Source: Minisyncoccota bacterium
GTDB taxonomy: Bacteria > Patescibacteriota > Minisyncoccia > UBA6257 > GWB1-50-10
Assembly (NCBI GenBank): GCA_041665265.1
Contig: JBAYJE010000005.1
Location: 1-55,040, forward strand
Direction of reading: 5' to 3'
Length of the DNA: 55,040 bases
The notes under the pieces are model-generated. The model did no database searches. It had not been told where the DNA came from and was given only the letters and a program-made list of their open reading frames with translations. Shown piece after piece: positions 40,571-49,911 of this stretch (position 1 is its first letter; each line of letters begins with the position of its first letter). Made by a program: the position numbers and the translations under genes.

Positions 40571-40918
40571 ATGGGTATTTTAGGCACCACAAAACCAAAA
40601 AAGGAGGTAGAAAAGAAAGACGTGGTTGTTGCACTTTCATCTGGTGTGGAACGAAGTATTTTAAAGAAGCCACACGCAAGTGAAAAAGCGTACGGACTTC
40701 ATAAACAGAATCAGTACGTATTTCTCGTGGAGATGTCTGCAAATAAAATAATGGTAAAGGAGGAAGTGCAGCGTCGGTATAACGTGAAAGTTGTTGATGT
40801 TGGTATTTTGGTGAATAAAGGAAAGGTAAAAAATTATCGTGGAAGACCAGGAAAGGCTTCCAAATTTAAAAAGGCGTACGTGACCTTACAAGAAGGTGAT
40901 AAAATTGAGCTTGAATAA
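40571..40918 (+). CDS. rplW: 50S ribosomal protein L23
   Basis: ILKKPHASEKA...YVFLV...ANKIMVKEEV...NVKVVDV, plus gene order. Confidence 0.9.
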   Translation: MGILGTTKPKKEVEKKDVVVALSSGVERSILKKPHASEKAYGLHKQNQYVFLVEMSANKIMVKEEVQRRYNVKVVDVGILVNKGKVKNYRGRPGKASKFKKAYVTLQEGDKIELE

Positions 40919-40923
40919 TAATT

Positions 40924-41763
40924 ATGAAGCAGTATAAACCGACAACTCCATCACGCAGGCACATGACAGTCGTAGATTACGGCTCGTTGACTCCTGGCGT
41001 TCGTCCTTTGAAGAAGTTCACCTCACGATTGGTAAATCGCGCAGGCCGCAACTCACAAGGCCGTATTACGGTTCGCCATCAAGGAGGTGGAAGTAAGAAA
41101 TTATACCGTGAGATTGATTTTGTGCAGAAGAAGCATGGTATTTTAGGAGCAATTGAGACGATTGAATACGATCCTTATCGAACAGGATTTATTGCACTTG
41201 TATGCTATAAGGACGGAGACCGTCGTTATATTCTTGCTCCAGATGGTATGAAAGTAGGTGATAAAATTATTTCCTCTGAGACTTCATTATTTACTCCAGG
41301 CAATCGCACTTCATTGAAGAGAATTCCTGTTGGTATGTTCGTACATAGCGTAGAAATTACCCCAGGAAAAGGTGGGCAGTTTGCACGCTCTGCAGGTACA
41401 TCAGTTCAGGTGCTCGCAAACGAAGATGGGTATACTCATTTAAAGATGTCTTCAGGTGAAGTACGTAAGGTACTTTGGGATTGTTTCGCGACTATTGGAA
41501 AAGTTTCCAACATGGAACACAACCTCGTAGTAAGTGGGAAAGCAGGCCGTTCACGTTGGCTCGGCATTCGTCCGACTGTTCGTGGAAAGGTCATGAACCC
41601 ACGCGACCATCCATACGGTGGTGGTGAAGGAAGAACACAACGTGGTACGAAACGCCCGAAGACCAAGTGGGGTAAGATTACCGGTGGTAGGAAGACTCGT
41701 AACAAAAAGAAGTGGTCGACTGAAATGATTGTAAGTCGAAGACCTTCTCGGATTCGAAAATAA
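40924..41763 (+). CDS. rplB: 50S ribosomal protein L2
   Basis: GRNSQGRITVRHQGGG, SSGEVRKV, MNPRDHPYGGGEG. Confidence 0.97.
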   Translation: MKQYKPTTPSRRHMTVVDYGSLTPGVRPLKKFTSRLVNRAGRNSQGRITVRHQGGGSKKLYREIDFVQKKHGILGAIETIEYDPYRTGFIALVCYKDGDRRYILAPDGMKVGDKIISSETSLFTPGNRTSLKRIPVGMFVHSVEITPGKGGQFARSAGTSVQVLANEDGYTHLKMSSGEVRKVLWDCFATIGKVSNMEHNLVVSGKAGRSRWLGIRPTVRGKVMNPRDHPYGGGEGRTQRGTKRPKTKWGKITGGRKTRNKKKWSTEMIVSRRPSRIRK

Positions 41764-41829
41764 TAGTCATTCATTGAAGAAAGAGAAAAATCGTGTATAC
41801 TAATGTCCGTTTCACCTATTAAATAAATT

Positions 41830-42147
41830 ATGAGTCGTTCAATAAAAAAAGGTACTTGGGTTGACCCAAAAATTGTAAAGAAAGTTGCAAAGGCAACACA
41901 GGGTGACCACACTCCTATTAAGATTTGGTCACGTGATTCTGAAATTGCACCAGAAATGGTCGGTTTCACTTTTGGTATTCACAACGGCAAGGCATTTATC
42001 GAAGTAACGATAAGTGAAGATATGATTGGGCATCGTTTTGGTGAGTTTTCTCCCACAAGGAAGTTCATTAAGCATGGTGGTAAGATGCAGCGTGATATTG
42101 AGAAAGGTCCTACACCTGCAGCTGCAGCACCTGCCGCAAAGAAATAA
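41830..42147 (+). CDS. rpsS: 30S ribosomal protein S19 (Ala/Pro-rich C-terminal extension)
   Basis: SRSIKKG.WVD..., IWSRDSEIAPEMVGFTFGIHNGKAF, GHRFGEFSPTRKF. Confidence 0.95.
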   Translation: MSRSIKKGTWVDPKIVKKVAKATQGDHTPIKIWSRDSEIAPEMVGFTFGIHNGKAFIEVTISEDMIGHRFGEFSPTRKFIKHGGKMQRDIEKGPTPAAAAPAAKK

Positions 42148-42156
42148 TAGTATTAT

Positions 42157-42714
42157 ATGGAAAACGCAATTGTCGCAAAATTGAATTACTTGAGATTATC
42201 GCAGAGAAAGGTGCGTCTTTCCGCAAACATAATTAAAGGACTTTCTGTGAATGAAGCAGAGGGACAACTTATTCTTTCTCCTCGTCGTAGTCGCGATTAT
42301 CTTTTGCGTCTTTTACGTAGTGCAGTAGCGAATGCAAAAAATAACAACAAGATGGACGTAGAAAAACTTTATGTGAAGGACGTTCGTGTTGATAAGGGTC
42401 CTTCCCAAAAGCGTTTTGTACCTCGTGCTCGCGGTAGCATGAGTCAGATTGAGAAAAAAACATGTCACGTCACTCTTGAACTAGGTGTTCGGGATGAGGC
42501 GAAGAAAAGCCGATTTACAATCATTGCGAAGAAAAAGAAGGATGTACAATCAAAGAAGGGAGAGCATGGTAATAAAGAAGCTCCTGCAGCAGCAAAGTCA
42601 CCAAAAGAACATGTAATTCCTTCGAAAGTTTCAAAGAAGACATCAAGTGAAAAGCGTGAACCGAAAGGTAAGATAGTAACAGTTCCAGGCTCATTTAATA
42701 GGAAGGTGATTTAA
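42157..42714 (+). CDS. rplV: 50S ribosomal protein L22 with a ~70-aa Lys-rich C-terminal extension
   Basis: YLRLSQRKVRLSANIIKG.SVNEA...L, VDKGPSQKRFVPRARGSMSQIEKKTCHVT, then a KKKK-rich tail. Confidence 0.93.
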   Translation: MENAIVAKLNYLRLSQRKVRLSANIIKGLSVNEAEGQLILSPRRSRDYLLRLLRSAVANAKNNNKMDVEKLYVKDVRVDKGPSQKRFVPRARGSMSQIEKKTCHVTLELGVRDEAKKSRFTIIAKKKKDVQSKKGEHGNKEAPAAAKSPKEHVIPSKVSKKTSSEKREPKGKIVTVPGSFNRKVI

Positions 42715-42722
42715 TAACATAC

Positions 42723-43406
42723 ATGGCACAGAAAATTAACCCAAATACATATCGATTAGGCATCACACTTCCTTGGGCAAGTCGTTGGTTTTTCACCCGA
42801 AAATCTCGCTACTTTCTTGAAGAAGACCATGCTATTCGTACGTTCATTCGCGAGAAGATTAAGGATGCAGGGATTGCAGGTCTTTCTATTGAGCGCACGA
42901 GCGACGTAGTGAGGGTTAATGTTCAAGCTGCTCGTCCAGGTCTTATTATTGGTAGAGGAGGAAAGGGAATTGAGGAACTTCGCGAAAAACTTTTGAAGAT
43001 CGTAAAGAAGCTTCGTGTAGAAAACAAAGTTCCTCTTATTTTCTCGTTTAACCTTAATGTTGAGGAATTAAAGCGCACAGATGTTTCTTCGGGTGTGCTT
43101 GCTCAGCAAATTGCGACAGATCTTGAGAAGCGTCAGCCTTATCGCAAACTTATGAAGCGTGCAATTGAAAGCACGATGCAGAATCGTGATGTGAAGGGAA
43201 TTAAAATTAAACTTTCCGGGCGTTTGAATGGTGCTGAAATTTCTCGTGTTGATTGGCTTGCAAAAGGACGCATGCCTCTTCAGACACTTCGTGCAATTAT
43301 TGATTATGCTGAGGCAACTTCGTTCAATAGTTATGGTACGATTGGCGTAAAAGTATGGATTTATAAAGGCGAGGTTTTTGATGAGAAGAGAGCAGCACGT
43401 AAATAA
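42723..43406 (+). CDS. rpsC: 30S ribosomal protein S3
   Basis: MAQKINPNTYRLGI...W.SRWF, KH domain GLIIGRGGKGIEEL, LNGAEISR. Confidence 0.96.
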   Translation: MAQKINPNTYRLGITLPWASRWFFTRKSRYFLEEDHAIRTFIREKIKDAGIAGLSIERTSDVVRVNVQAARPGLIIGRGGKGIEELREKLLKIVKKLRVENKVPLIFSFNLNVEELKRTDVSSGVLAQQIATDLEKRQPYRKLMKRAIESTMQNRDVKGIKIKLSGRLNGAEISRVDWLAKGRMPLQTLRAIIDYAEATSFNSYGTIGVKVWIYKGEVFDEKRAARK

Positions 43407-43419
43407 GTAATTACCCCAT

Positions 43420-43830
43420 ATGTTACAGCCAAAGAAACAAAAACATAGAAAAATGCAAAAAGGACGCTCTCGCAAGCGACTCGTGGAAACGCGGGGTATT
43501 ATGCTTTCGTATGGCAACTTTGGACTTCGTGCAATGGGTGCTTCATGGATGACCGCAAACCAAATTGAAGCAGGAAGAAAGGCAATCGCGCATTCAATGA
43601 ATCGTGAAGGAAGACTTTGGATTCGTATTTTCCCTGATAAGCCCGTTACGAAACTTCCTCCAGAAGTCACTTTGGGAGGTGGAAAGGGAGAAGTAGATCA
43701 TTATGTGTTTCCTGTGAAACCAGGACGCATTATTTATGAAGTTGATGGTGTGTCGAAAACAGTTGCGGAACGCGCACTTAAAATGGCTGGATTTAAGATG
43801 CCATTTAAGACAAAAATAATTTCACGATAA
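43420..43830 (+). CDS. rplP: 50S ribosomal protein L16
   Basis: MLQPKKQKHRKMQKGR..., LWIRIFPDKPVT, GGGKGEVDHYV. Confidence 0.96.
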   Translation: MLQPKKQKHRKMQKGRSRKRLVETRGIMLSYGNFGLRAMGASWMTANQIEAGRKAIAHSMNREGRLWIRIFPDKPVTKLPPEVTLGGGKGEVDHYVFPVKPGRIIYEVDGVSKTVAERALKMAGFKMPFKTKIISR

Positions 43831-43838
43831 TTACGTCT

Positions 43839-44054
43839 ATGAAAAAGAAAGACTTTGCCATAATGAAAAATAAGCCAGTCGCAGAACTCGACAAAGAGCT
43901 CTATAATTTGCGCACACGGGTGAGCAGTCTTAAATTTGATTTGGCTGCCGGCAAGGTGAAAAATATTCAGGAGGTGAAGAATGCAAAGAAGGGAATTGCA
44001 CAAATTCTTACCGTGAAAAAGGAAAGGTCTTTAAAAGAAGTAAAAAGCAACTAA
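43839..44054 (+). CDS. rpmC: 50S ribosomal protein L29
   Basis: ELDKELYNLRTRVSSLKFDLAAGKVKN, plus gene order. Confidence 0.9.
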   Translation: MKKKDFAIMKNKPVAELDKELYNLRTRVSSLKFDLAAGKVKNIQEVKNAKKGIAQILTVKKERSLKEVKSN

Positions 44055-44058
44055 TCAT

Positions 44059-44286
44059 ATGAGAAAACTTCAAGGAACAGTCGTATCTGACAAGATGCAA
44101 AAGACATGCGTAGTATCGGTAGAGCGCATGAGAAAGCACCCTCGATATGAAAAATTTTATAGAATAACGACGAAATTCAAAGCGCATGATGAAATGGGCG
44201 AATATCATACGGGAGATAAGGTGGTAATTCAGGAGTCTCGACCACTTTCTCGCGGTAAACGCTGGACAATAGTCGGTAAAGCATAG
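44059..44286 (+). CDS. rpsQ: 30S ribosomal protein S17
   Basis: LQGTVVSDKMQKTCVVSVERMRKHPRYEKF...KAHDE...GDKVVIQESRPLS. Confidence 0.95.
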   Translation: MRKLQGTVVSDKMQKTCVVSVERMRKHPRYEKFYRITTKFKAHDEMGEYHTGDKVVIQESRPLSRGKRWTIVGKA

Positions 44287-44312
44287 TATTCTAGGTACTC
44301 GGTACTAATTCA

Positions 44313-44678
44313 ATGATACAAGAACGATCAATATTAAAAGTAGCAGACAACAGCGGTGCAAAGGTAGTGCGCTGTTTTCGTGTTCTTGGTGGAAGCCGAA
44401 AGAGATACGCTACTCTTGGCGATATTATCGTTGCTTCAGTGCAAATTGCTGAGCCTCGCAAGCAGGTAAAAAAGAAAGACGTAGTGCGTTGTCTTGTGGT
44501 TCGCCAACATGCACCAACTCGTAGAAAAGATGGTTCATACATCCGTTTCGATGACAATGCAGTAGTTATTCTTGAGAAAGGGGAACCAAAAGGAACTCGT
44601 ATTTTCGGCCCTATTCCTCGCGAAATAAAGGAAAAAGGATACGATACAATTGCATCACTTGCTGAAGAACTTGTATAA
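44313..44678 (+). CDS. rplN: 50S ribosomal protein L14
   Basis: [17 protein letters not shown]...IRFDDNAVV...[11 protein letters not shown]. Confidence 0.97.
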   Translation: MIQERSILKVADNSGAKVVRCFRVLGGSRKRYATLGDIIVASVQIAEPRKQVKKKDVVRCLVVRQHAPTRRKDGSYIRFDDNAVVILEKGEPKGTRIFGPIPREIKEKGYDTIASLAEELV

Positions 44679-44687
44679 CCTAGAGTC

Positions 44688-44993
44688 ATGAATATTAAAA
44701 AAGGCGATACAATTAAAGTTTTGTTGGGAAAAGATAACGGGAAAACCGGTAAGGTTGTTAGTGTTGATGCTAAAAAAAACCAGGTTCATCTTGAGGGTTT
44801 AAATCTTTACAAGAAACATGTGCGTCCACGGAAGCAGGGAGAGAAAGGAGAAATCGTTTCTGTAGCGCGTCCAATTAATGCGTCGAATGTAGCAATCATA
44901 TGTCCGAATTGCAATAAACAAACACGCGTTGGCCATCGCAAAGATGGAGAAACCAAAATTCGATTTTGCGTGAAATGCAAAGGAACAATTTAA
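44688..44993 (+). CDS. rplX: 50S ribosomal protein L24 with a C-terminal CxxC...CxxC zinc ribbon
   Basis: KKGDTIKVLLGKDNGKTGKV (KOW motif), and CPNCNK...FCVKCKG. Confidence 0.92.
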   Translation: MNIKKGDTIKVLLGKDNGKTGKVVSVDAKKNQVHLEGLNLYKKHVRPRKQGEKGEIVSVARPINASNVAIICPNCNKQTRVGHRKDGETKIRFCVKCKGTI

Positions 44994-44995
44994 GT

Positions 44996-45502
44996 ATGAA
45001 AAAGGATATGTCCACAATTGAAAAAACAGGACTCTTGAAAATCGTGGTAAATGCCGGCGTCGGCAAGTTGCGCTCAATGCAGCAATTTGATGACAAGGTA
45101 CTTCCTGAGATTCAGAAAGAAATTGCCACTATTACTGGCCAGAAGCCAGCTGAACGCAAAGCGAAGAAATCAATTGCAACATTTAAAGTGCGTGAAGGAG
45201 AGGTTGTGGGATTGCAGGTGACTCTTCGTAAGCAGCGCATGCATGATTTTTTCACGAAAGTGGTACATATTGTATTGCCTCGCGTAAAAGATTTTCGTGG
45301 GTTGGCGCTTTCGAATGTGGATCATGATGGTAATTTAAATTTTGGATTTCGTGACCAACTCGTATTTCCTGAAATCAATCCGGAAAAATCAAAAGTAGCT
45401 TTTGGTATTCAGGTAACGGTTGTTCCTAAAATTCGAGATCGCGAAAAAGCAATTGCACTTTACAGGTCGCTTGGGGTACCATTAATGCGTTCTGAAAAAT
45501 AA
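44996..45502 (+). CDS. rplE: 50S ribosomal protein L5 (short N-terminus)
   Basis: KIVVNAGVG..., ITGQKP...[27 protein letters not shown]. The ATG at 44996 directly follows the rplX stop. Confidence 0.93.
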   Translation: MKKDMSTIEKTGLLKIVVNAGVGKLRSMQQFDDKVLPEIQKEIATITGQKPAERKAKKSIATFKVREGEVVGLQVTLRKQRMHDFFTKVVHIVLPRVKDFRGLALSNVDHDGNLNFGFRDQLVFPEINPEKSKVAFGIQVTVVPKIRDREKAIALYRSLGVPLMRSEK

Positions 45503-45504
45503 TT

Positions 45505-45690
45505 ATGGCAAAGACATCAGTCGTCGCGCGGGCAAAAAAGAAACCGAAGTATTCCACTCGTATTGTGCGACGCTGTTTCCGTTGTGGAAGAAAGCGTGGG
45601 TTTATGCGCGATTTTAATCTTTGCAGAATCTGTTTTAGAGAATTAGCGAGCAAAGGAGAGATTCCGGGAGTGAAGAAAGGATCTTGGTAA
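45505..45690 (+). CDS. rpsZ: 30S ribosomal protein S14 type Z (zinc-binding)
   Basis: 61 aa, [23 protein letters not shown]. Confidence 0.95.
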   Translation: MAKTSVVARAKKKPKYSTRIVRRCFRCGRKRGFMRDFNLCRICFRELASKGEIPGVKKGSW

Positions 45691-45698
45691 TTGAAGAC

Positions 45699-46070
45699 AT
45701 GTATATTGACTTACTTATAAAATTAAAAAATTCACAGGCTGCAGAAAAGAGCACCGTGAAGACACGCTACACCAAGATGGATAACGCCGTTGCGGACGTA
45801 TTAGTGCGCTTTGGATTTTTGAAAAAGGTAGAAGTAAAAGGGAAGTCAATAAAAAAAGTAATGGAAATGGAACTTGATCCTCATCGTCCTATTCGCGGTT
45901 TGAAACTTTTGAGTAAGCCTTCACTTCGACGTTATGCAGGGTATGAAGAATTTCGAAGAGTGAAGAGTGGACACGGCATTCTCGTCGTATCAACTTCAAA
46001 AGGAATCATGACTGGTACCGATGCACGAAGGGAAAAAGTAGGAGGTCAACTTCTTTTCGAATTGTGGTAA
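45699..46070 (+). CDS. rpsH: 30S ribosomal protein S8
   Basis: DLLIKLKNSQ..., GILVVSTSKGIMT...AR..KVGGQLLFELW. I call the ATG at 45699. Confidence 0.93.
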   Translation: MYIDLLIKLKNSQAAEKSTVKTRYTKMDNAVADVLVRFGFLKKVEVKGKSIKKVMEMELDPHRPIRGLKLLSKPSLRRYAGYEEFRRVKSGHGILVVSTSKGIMTGTDARREKVGGQLLFELW

Positions 46071-46077
46071 TACATAT

Positions 46078-46626
46078 ATGTCAAAAATTGGAAAAAAACC
46101 TATAACAATTCCGAGTGGGATAACCGTAAGTGTTGACGGTGGACTTGTGATAGTAAAAGATGCAACACGAACCCTTTCCATTCCACGTCTCTCAGGTGTC
46201 GAGGTAAAGGTAGTAGAAAATGAGGTTATCCTTACCACTGTTGCTACTTCAAAGCAGGTGCGTAGCAATTGGGGAACACTTCGTTCACTTATTCAAAATG
46301 CCATTGATGGTCTTGTGACTGGATACGGAAAAACACTTTTGCTTGAGGGTGTGGGATATAAGATTGCAAAGGATGGTAATGATTTGCTATTAAACCTTGG
46401 ATTTTCACATCCGGTGAAATATAAAGCACCAGAGCATGTTACCTTTGAAGTTGAGAAGAACACCATTTTAAAAATTAAAGGTTTTGATAAAGCACTCGTA
46501 GGACAGGTTGCTGCAGAAATTCGAGAGCTTAAAAAACCAGAGCCATACAAAGGAAAGGGATTCCGTTATTCTACTGAGATTATTAAGAGAAAAGCAGGAA
46601 AGAAAGCAGGAGCAGCATCAGCTTAA
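46078..46626 (+). CDS. rplF: 50S ribosomal protein L6
   Basis: SKIGKKPITIPSGITV..., LEGVGYK, GFSHPV, PEPYKGKGFRY. Confidence 0.96.
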   Translation: MSKIGKKPITIPSGITVSVDGGLVIVKDATRTLSIPRLSGVEVKVVENEVILTTVATSKQVRSNWGTLRSLIQNAIDGLVTGYGKTLLLEGVGYKIAKDGNDLLLNLGFSHPVKYKAPEHVTFEVEKNTILKIKGFDKALVGQVAAEIRELKKPEPYKGKGFRYSTEIIKRKAGKKAGAASA

Positions 46627-46639
46627 ATAAAATAAAAGT

Positions 46640-46993
46640 ATGAACGCACGAAAGCAATTAATTCAAAAAAGAGGCAGAAGGGCAAATCGCGTACGAGCGA
46701 CGGTGCGTGGTTCTGAGGTACGCCCACGTCTTTCTGTATTTCGAAGCAATAAATTTACTGCCGTGCAGCTTATTAATGATGTGAGCGGTAAGACACTCGC
46801 ACAAGCATCTTCACGAGAATCAAAGAAGAAAATGACAAAGACCGAAGGAGCAGAATTTGTAGGAACGACAATTGCAGAGCGCGCAAAAGCGTTAGGCGTG
46901 TCTGCAGTAGTATTTGATCGTGGTTCATATCGCTACCATGGTCGCGTTAAAGCGCTTGTCGAAGCGGCACGTAAGGGAGGTCTTCAAATTTAA
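46640..46993 (+). CDS. rplR: 50S ribosomal protein L18
   Basis: [20 protein letters not shown]..., [27 protein letters not shown]. Confidence 0.96.
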   Translation: MNARKQLIQKRGRRANRVRATVRGSEVRPRLSVFRSNKFTAVQLINDVSGKTLAQASSRESKKKMTKTEGAEFVGTTIAERAKALGVSAVVFDRGSYRYHGRVKALVEAARKGGLQI

Positions 46994-46997
46994 ATAT

Positions 46998-47528
46998 ATG
47001 TTTAATTCACGAGGGCAAAAAAATGAAGGAAGAGGTCCACGAAGACCATTTGTAAAGCGCGTTACCGAATTCAAAGAGCGCGTACTTGAAGTGCGTCGCG
47101 TAACTCGTGTGGTTGCAGGAGGAAAGCGTTTTAGTTTCCGTGCAACAGTAGTAGTAGGTGACATGAAAGGACGTGTGGGAATTGGTATTGCAAAAGGACT
47201 GGATTTTGCAGCCGCAGTGCAAAAAGCACAGCGTCAAGCAGAAAAGAGTGTAGTAACAATTGCACTTGTTGAGAGCCGAACAGTTCCTTATGAAGTAGAA
47301 GCAAAATATGATGCAGCTCGAGTACGTATTAAGCCAGCGAAAAAAGGGCATGGCCTTATTGCAGGAGGTTCTCTTCGTGTAGTACTTGAACTCGTAGGAA
47401 TAAAAGATGTGTCAGCAAAAATATTAGGTCGCACAAAGAACAAAATTGCAAACGCTCAGGCAGGCATTGAGGCGTTGCGCATGATTCGTCCTATTGTAAA
47501 AGCCCCCGCTGTTTCTGTAGTTAATTAA
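46998..47528 (+). CDS. rpsE: 30S ribosomal protein S5
   Basis: VLEVRRVTRVVAGGKRFSFRATVVVGD..GRVGIG.AKG, GHGLIAGGSLRVVLELVGIKD. The ATG at 46998 follows the rplR stop. Confidence 0.95.
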   Translation: MFNSRGQKNEGRGPRRPFVKRVTEFKERVLEVRRVTRVVAGGKRFSFRATVVVGDMKGRVGIGIAKGLDFAAAVQKAQRQAEKSVVTIALVESRTVPYEVEAKYDAARVRIKPAKKGHGLIAGGSLRVVLELVGIKDVSAKILGRTKNKIANAQAGIEALRMIRPIVKAPAVSVVN

Positions 47529-47535
47529 TAGCCAT

Positions 47536-47958
47536 ATGCAATTAAACGATTTAAGACCTAAAAAAGCAGTACGAAAAAGTCAGAAGCGCGTAGGCCGTGG
47601 CGGTAAACGTGGCACGACTTCTGGACGTGGACAGAAAGGACAGAGAGCTCGCTCTGGTCATAGAATTCGCCCCGCACAGCGCGATCTTTTGATTCGCATT
47701 CCTAAATTGCGTGGTGTAAAGAATCGCGTAGTATTTCCAAAATCAACTGTAGTAAATGTAGGTGATTTAGTACGTCTCTTCCCTGGAGGGGAGATTTCAA
47801 AGAAGCATTTCTTAGTAAAAGGATTAATTCCTAATCTTCGCGCACGTGTAAAGATTCTTAGTGATGGAGAATTGAAAAAAGCATTTGTAATAGAGGGATG
47901 CGAAGTATCAAAGGAAGCACGCAAAAAGATTGAAGCGGCTGGCGGTACTATCAAGTAG
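47536..47958 (+). CDS. rplO: 50S ribosomal protein L15
   Basis: LNDLRP....RKSQKRVGRGGKRGTTSGRGQKGQ.ARSG. It directly follows rpsE with a 7-nt gap, so there is no L30 gene. Confidence 0.95.
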   Translation: MQLNDLRPKKAVRKSQKRVGRGGKRGTTSGRGQKGQRARSGHRIRPAQRDLLIRIPKLRGVKNRVVFPKSTVVNVGDLVRLFPGGEISKKHFLVKGLIPNLRARVKILSDGELKKAFVIEGCEVSKEARKKIEAAGGTIK

Positions 47959-47997
47959 ACTCTCTTACGGTATTCGGATAACCTTCTTATAAGATGA

Positions 47998-48101
47998 ATC
48001 CCGTTAGAATTTCGCCAAAATAGTCAAAACAGAATTTATTATCAAAGATACATAATCGTCAATTAGAAGAAATGACCAATACTATAAAAATCTAACGGGA
48101 T
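47998..48101. repeat. 11-bp perfect inverted repeat ATCCCGTTAGA / TCTAACGGGAT bracketing the rplO-secY spacer
   Basis: The arms are at 47998-48008 and 48091-48101. The second arm covers the first two nucleotides of the secY ATG (48100). Confidence 0.85.
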
Positions 48102-49371
48102 GAATAAATTACTTCTTATCTTTAAATCCCCCGATCTTCGCAAGAAGGTACTCATGGTTCTCCTTCTTCTTTTTGTGTTTCGTCTTCTCGCCGCTATTCC
48201 TATTCCTGGAATTGATGCATCAAAATTACAGCAATTTTTTAGTTCAAACCAATTATTTGGTTTCTTAAACATTTTTTCTGGTGGTGGCCTTTCAAATCTT
48301 TCTATCATGATGCTTGGCGTAGGTCCTTATATTACGGCTACCATTATCATGCAGCTTCTTACTATTATTTTCCCTAATTTAAAGAAGGCTTACTACGAAG
48401 AGGGAGCTGCGGGACGGGCAAAATTTAATCGTATTTCTCGTTATATTACCGTGCCGCTCGCAGCACTTCAGGGATATGGATTTTTGAATCTTCTTGCATC
48501 ACAAAACATTATTCAGCGTTTATCGTTTCTTGATACCGCAACGAACGTACTTATTATTACTGCAGGAAGTATGCTTCTTATGTGGATTGGGGAACTTATC
48601 TCCGAATATAAGATTGGGAATGGTATCTCACTTCTTATTTTTGCGGGTATCATAAGTGGCCTTCCGAGCGCGGTGACTACTGCATTTTTGAACTATACAC
48701 CCGCAGTGATTCCTACTTATCTTGTTTTCCTCGTTCTTAGTATTGTGGTTATTGCAGCAGTGGTATTTGTAAACGAAGGGGAGCGAAAAATTCCTGTGTC
48801 TTATGCAAAACAAGTGCGTGGTATGAAGATGTACGGCGGTGTTTCAACCTATCTTCCTCTTAAAGTGAATCAGGCAGGTGTGATTCCAATTATTTTTGCA
48901 ATATCCATTCTTCTCTTTCCTCAGTTCATTGCACAGGCGTCTTCAATCATCTCTCCATCTTTCTCACTTACACTAAATGCATTTGTTACAAGAGTTTTTA
49001 ATAATCAATTTATTTATAGTTCACTCTACTTTGTACTCGTAGTTCTTTTCACCTACTTCTATACCGCAGTAACGTTTGATCCAAAAGAAATTGCAAAAAA
49101 TCTTCAGCAAAGTGGCGGTTTTATTCCCGGTATTCGTCCGGGGCAAGCGACCGCAGAAGTGATTGCAAAGACAGTTCACCGCACTACACTTTTTGGTGCA
49201 ATGTTTCTTGGTGTTATTGCTATCTTGCCAAATATTACTCAATCAGTAACAGGTATCCAGATGCTTACTATTGGTGGCACCGCACTTCTTATTGTGGTGT
49301 CGGTGGCACTTGAATCAATGAAGCAGATTGAGTCTCAACTTACGGTTCGCGAATACGAAGGAATATTTTAA
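48100..49371 (+). CDS. secY: preprotein translocase subunit SecY
   Basis: 10 TM segments. IPIPGID, LGVGPYITATIIMQLL, GISLLIFAGI, and position after rplO. Confidence 0.96.
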   Translation: MNKLLLIFKSPDLRKKVLMVLLLLFVFRLLAAIPIPGIDASKLQQFFSSNQLFGFLNIFSGGGLSNLSIMMLGVGPYITATIIMQLLTIIFPNLKKAYYEEGAAGRAKFNRISRYITVPLAALQGYGFLNLLASQNIIQRLSFLDTATNVLIITAGSMLLMWIGELISEYKIGNGISLLIFAGIISGLPSAVTTAFLNYTPAVIPTYLVFLVLSIVVIAAVVFVNEGERKIPVSYAKQVRGMKMYGGVSTYLPLKVNQAGVIPIIFAISILLFPQFIAQASSIISPSFSLTLNAFVTRVFNNQFIYSSLYFVLVVLFTYFYTAVTFDPKEIAKNLQQSGGFIPGIRPGQATAEVIAKTVHRTTLFGAMFLGVIAILPNITQSVTGIQMLTIGGTALLIVVSVALESMKQIESQLTVREYEGIF

Positions 49372-49388
49372 AAGATAAGTTATATTTT

Positions 49389-49421
49389 GAACGACACTTC
49401 TGAATCTCAGGAGTGTCGTTC
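49389..49421 (+). terminator. hairpin after secY (terminator, weak T-run)
   Basis: 10-bp stem GAACGACACT/AGTGTCGTTC followed by TTAAT. Confidence 0.55.
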
Positions 49422-49509
49422 TTAATAGAATCAGTATTCCTTGCTTTCATTTGCGGTTTATTGCATAATCGCGGTAGTATTTGTATTCACAAATTTGTAG
49501 GAGGAAAAA

Positions 49510-49857
49510 ATGATACATATCATTTGTTTCGGTATCTGGATTCTTGTGCTTGCATATCTTTTATGTCTTAGATATAAATATTTTCAACAGAAATCGATAT
49601 TGTTTGTGGTATTTTTTTCTGCGCTTGGAGCAATAACTTCTGCGGTGGCAGGTGCATTTATCTTTTTCACATTTGTATCTTTTATTGAAACAATAACTCA
49701 GATACCTCTTTCATCTTTATCTTTCTCATCTCAATTCTTGGATACCTGGGCGAGATTAAGCGAAGTAGTACTTGTCTTTTTCGGAGGGCTTTTTGGTCCG
49801 TTGTGGCAGATAAATCGAGAACTAAATAAAGCTGCGAAAAAAGAAAAACAGTTTTAG
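49510..49857 (+). CDS. small membrane protein inserted between secY and adk
   Basis: AGGAGG SD, 3 TM segments, Lys-rich C-terminus. Confidence 0.55.
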   Translation: MIHIICFGIWILVLAYLLCLRYKYFQQKSILFVVFFSALGAITSAVAGAFIFFTFVSFIETITQIPLSSLSFSSQFLDTWARLSEVVLVFFGGLFGPLWQINRELNKAAKKEKQF

Positions 49858-49911
49858 CGAGAAATTACTCCGTCGAATGGCGGAGTTTTTATTTTGGGGT
49901 ACAATAAATCC

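Noticed and set aside
46914-46997. Upstream start (46914) for rpsE overlapping rplR by 80 nt. The same applies to 44966 for rplE, 45684 for rpsH, 49894 for adk, 24884 for aspS and 31806 for the M50 protease.
   Set aside because: The N-terminal extensions have no homology to the respective families and overlap the upstream genes. ATG codons immediately after the upstream stops give canonical N-termini.
33325-47954. Numerous 60-200-aa antisense or off-frame ORFs inside fusA, tuf and the ribosomal protein genes. Examples are 34887-35486(-), 38281-38625(-), 40209-40742(-), 41436-41969(-), 43068-43670(-), 44291-44689(-) and 47007-47351(-).
   Set aside because: They completely overlap highly conserved genes whose translations are unmistakable. 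Their own products are low-complexity and lack start signals, which is typical of shadow ORFs.
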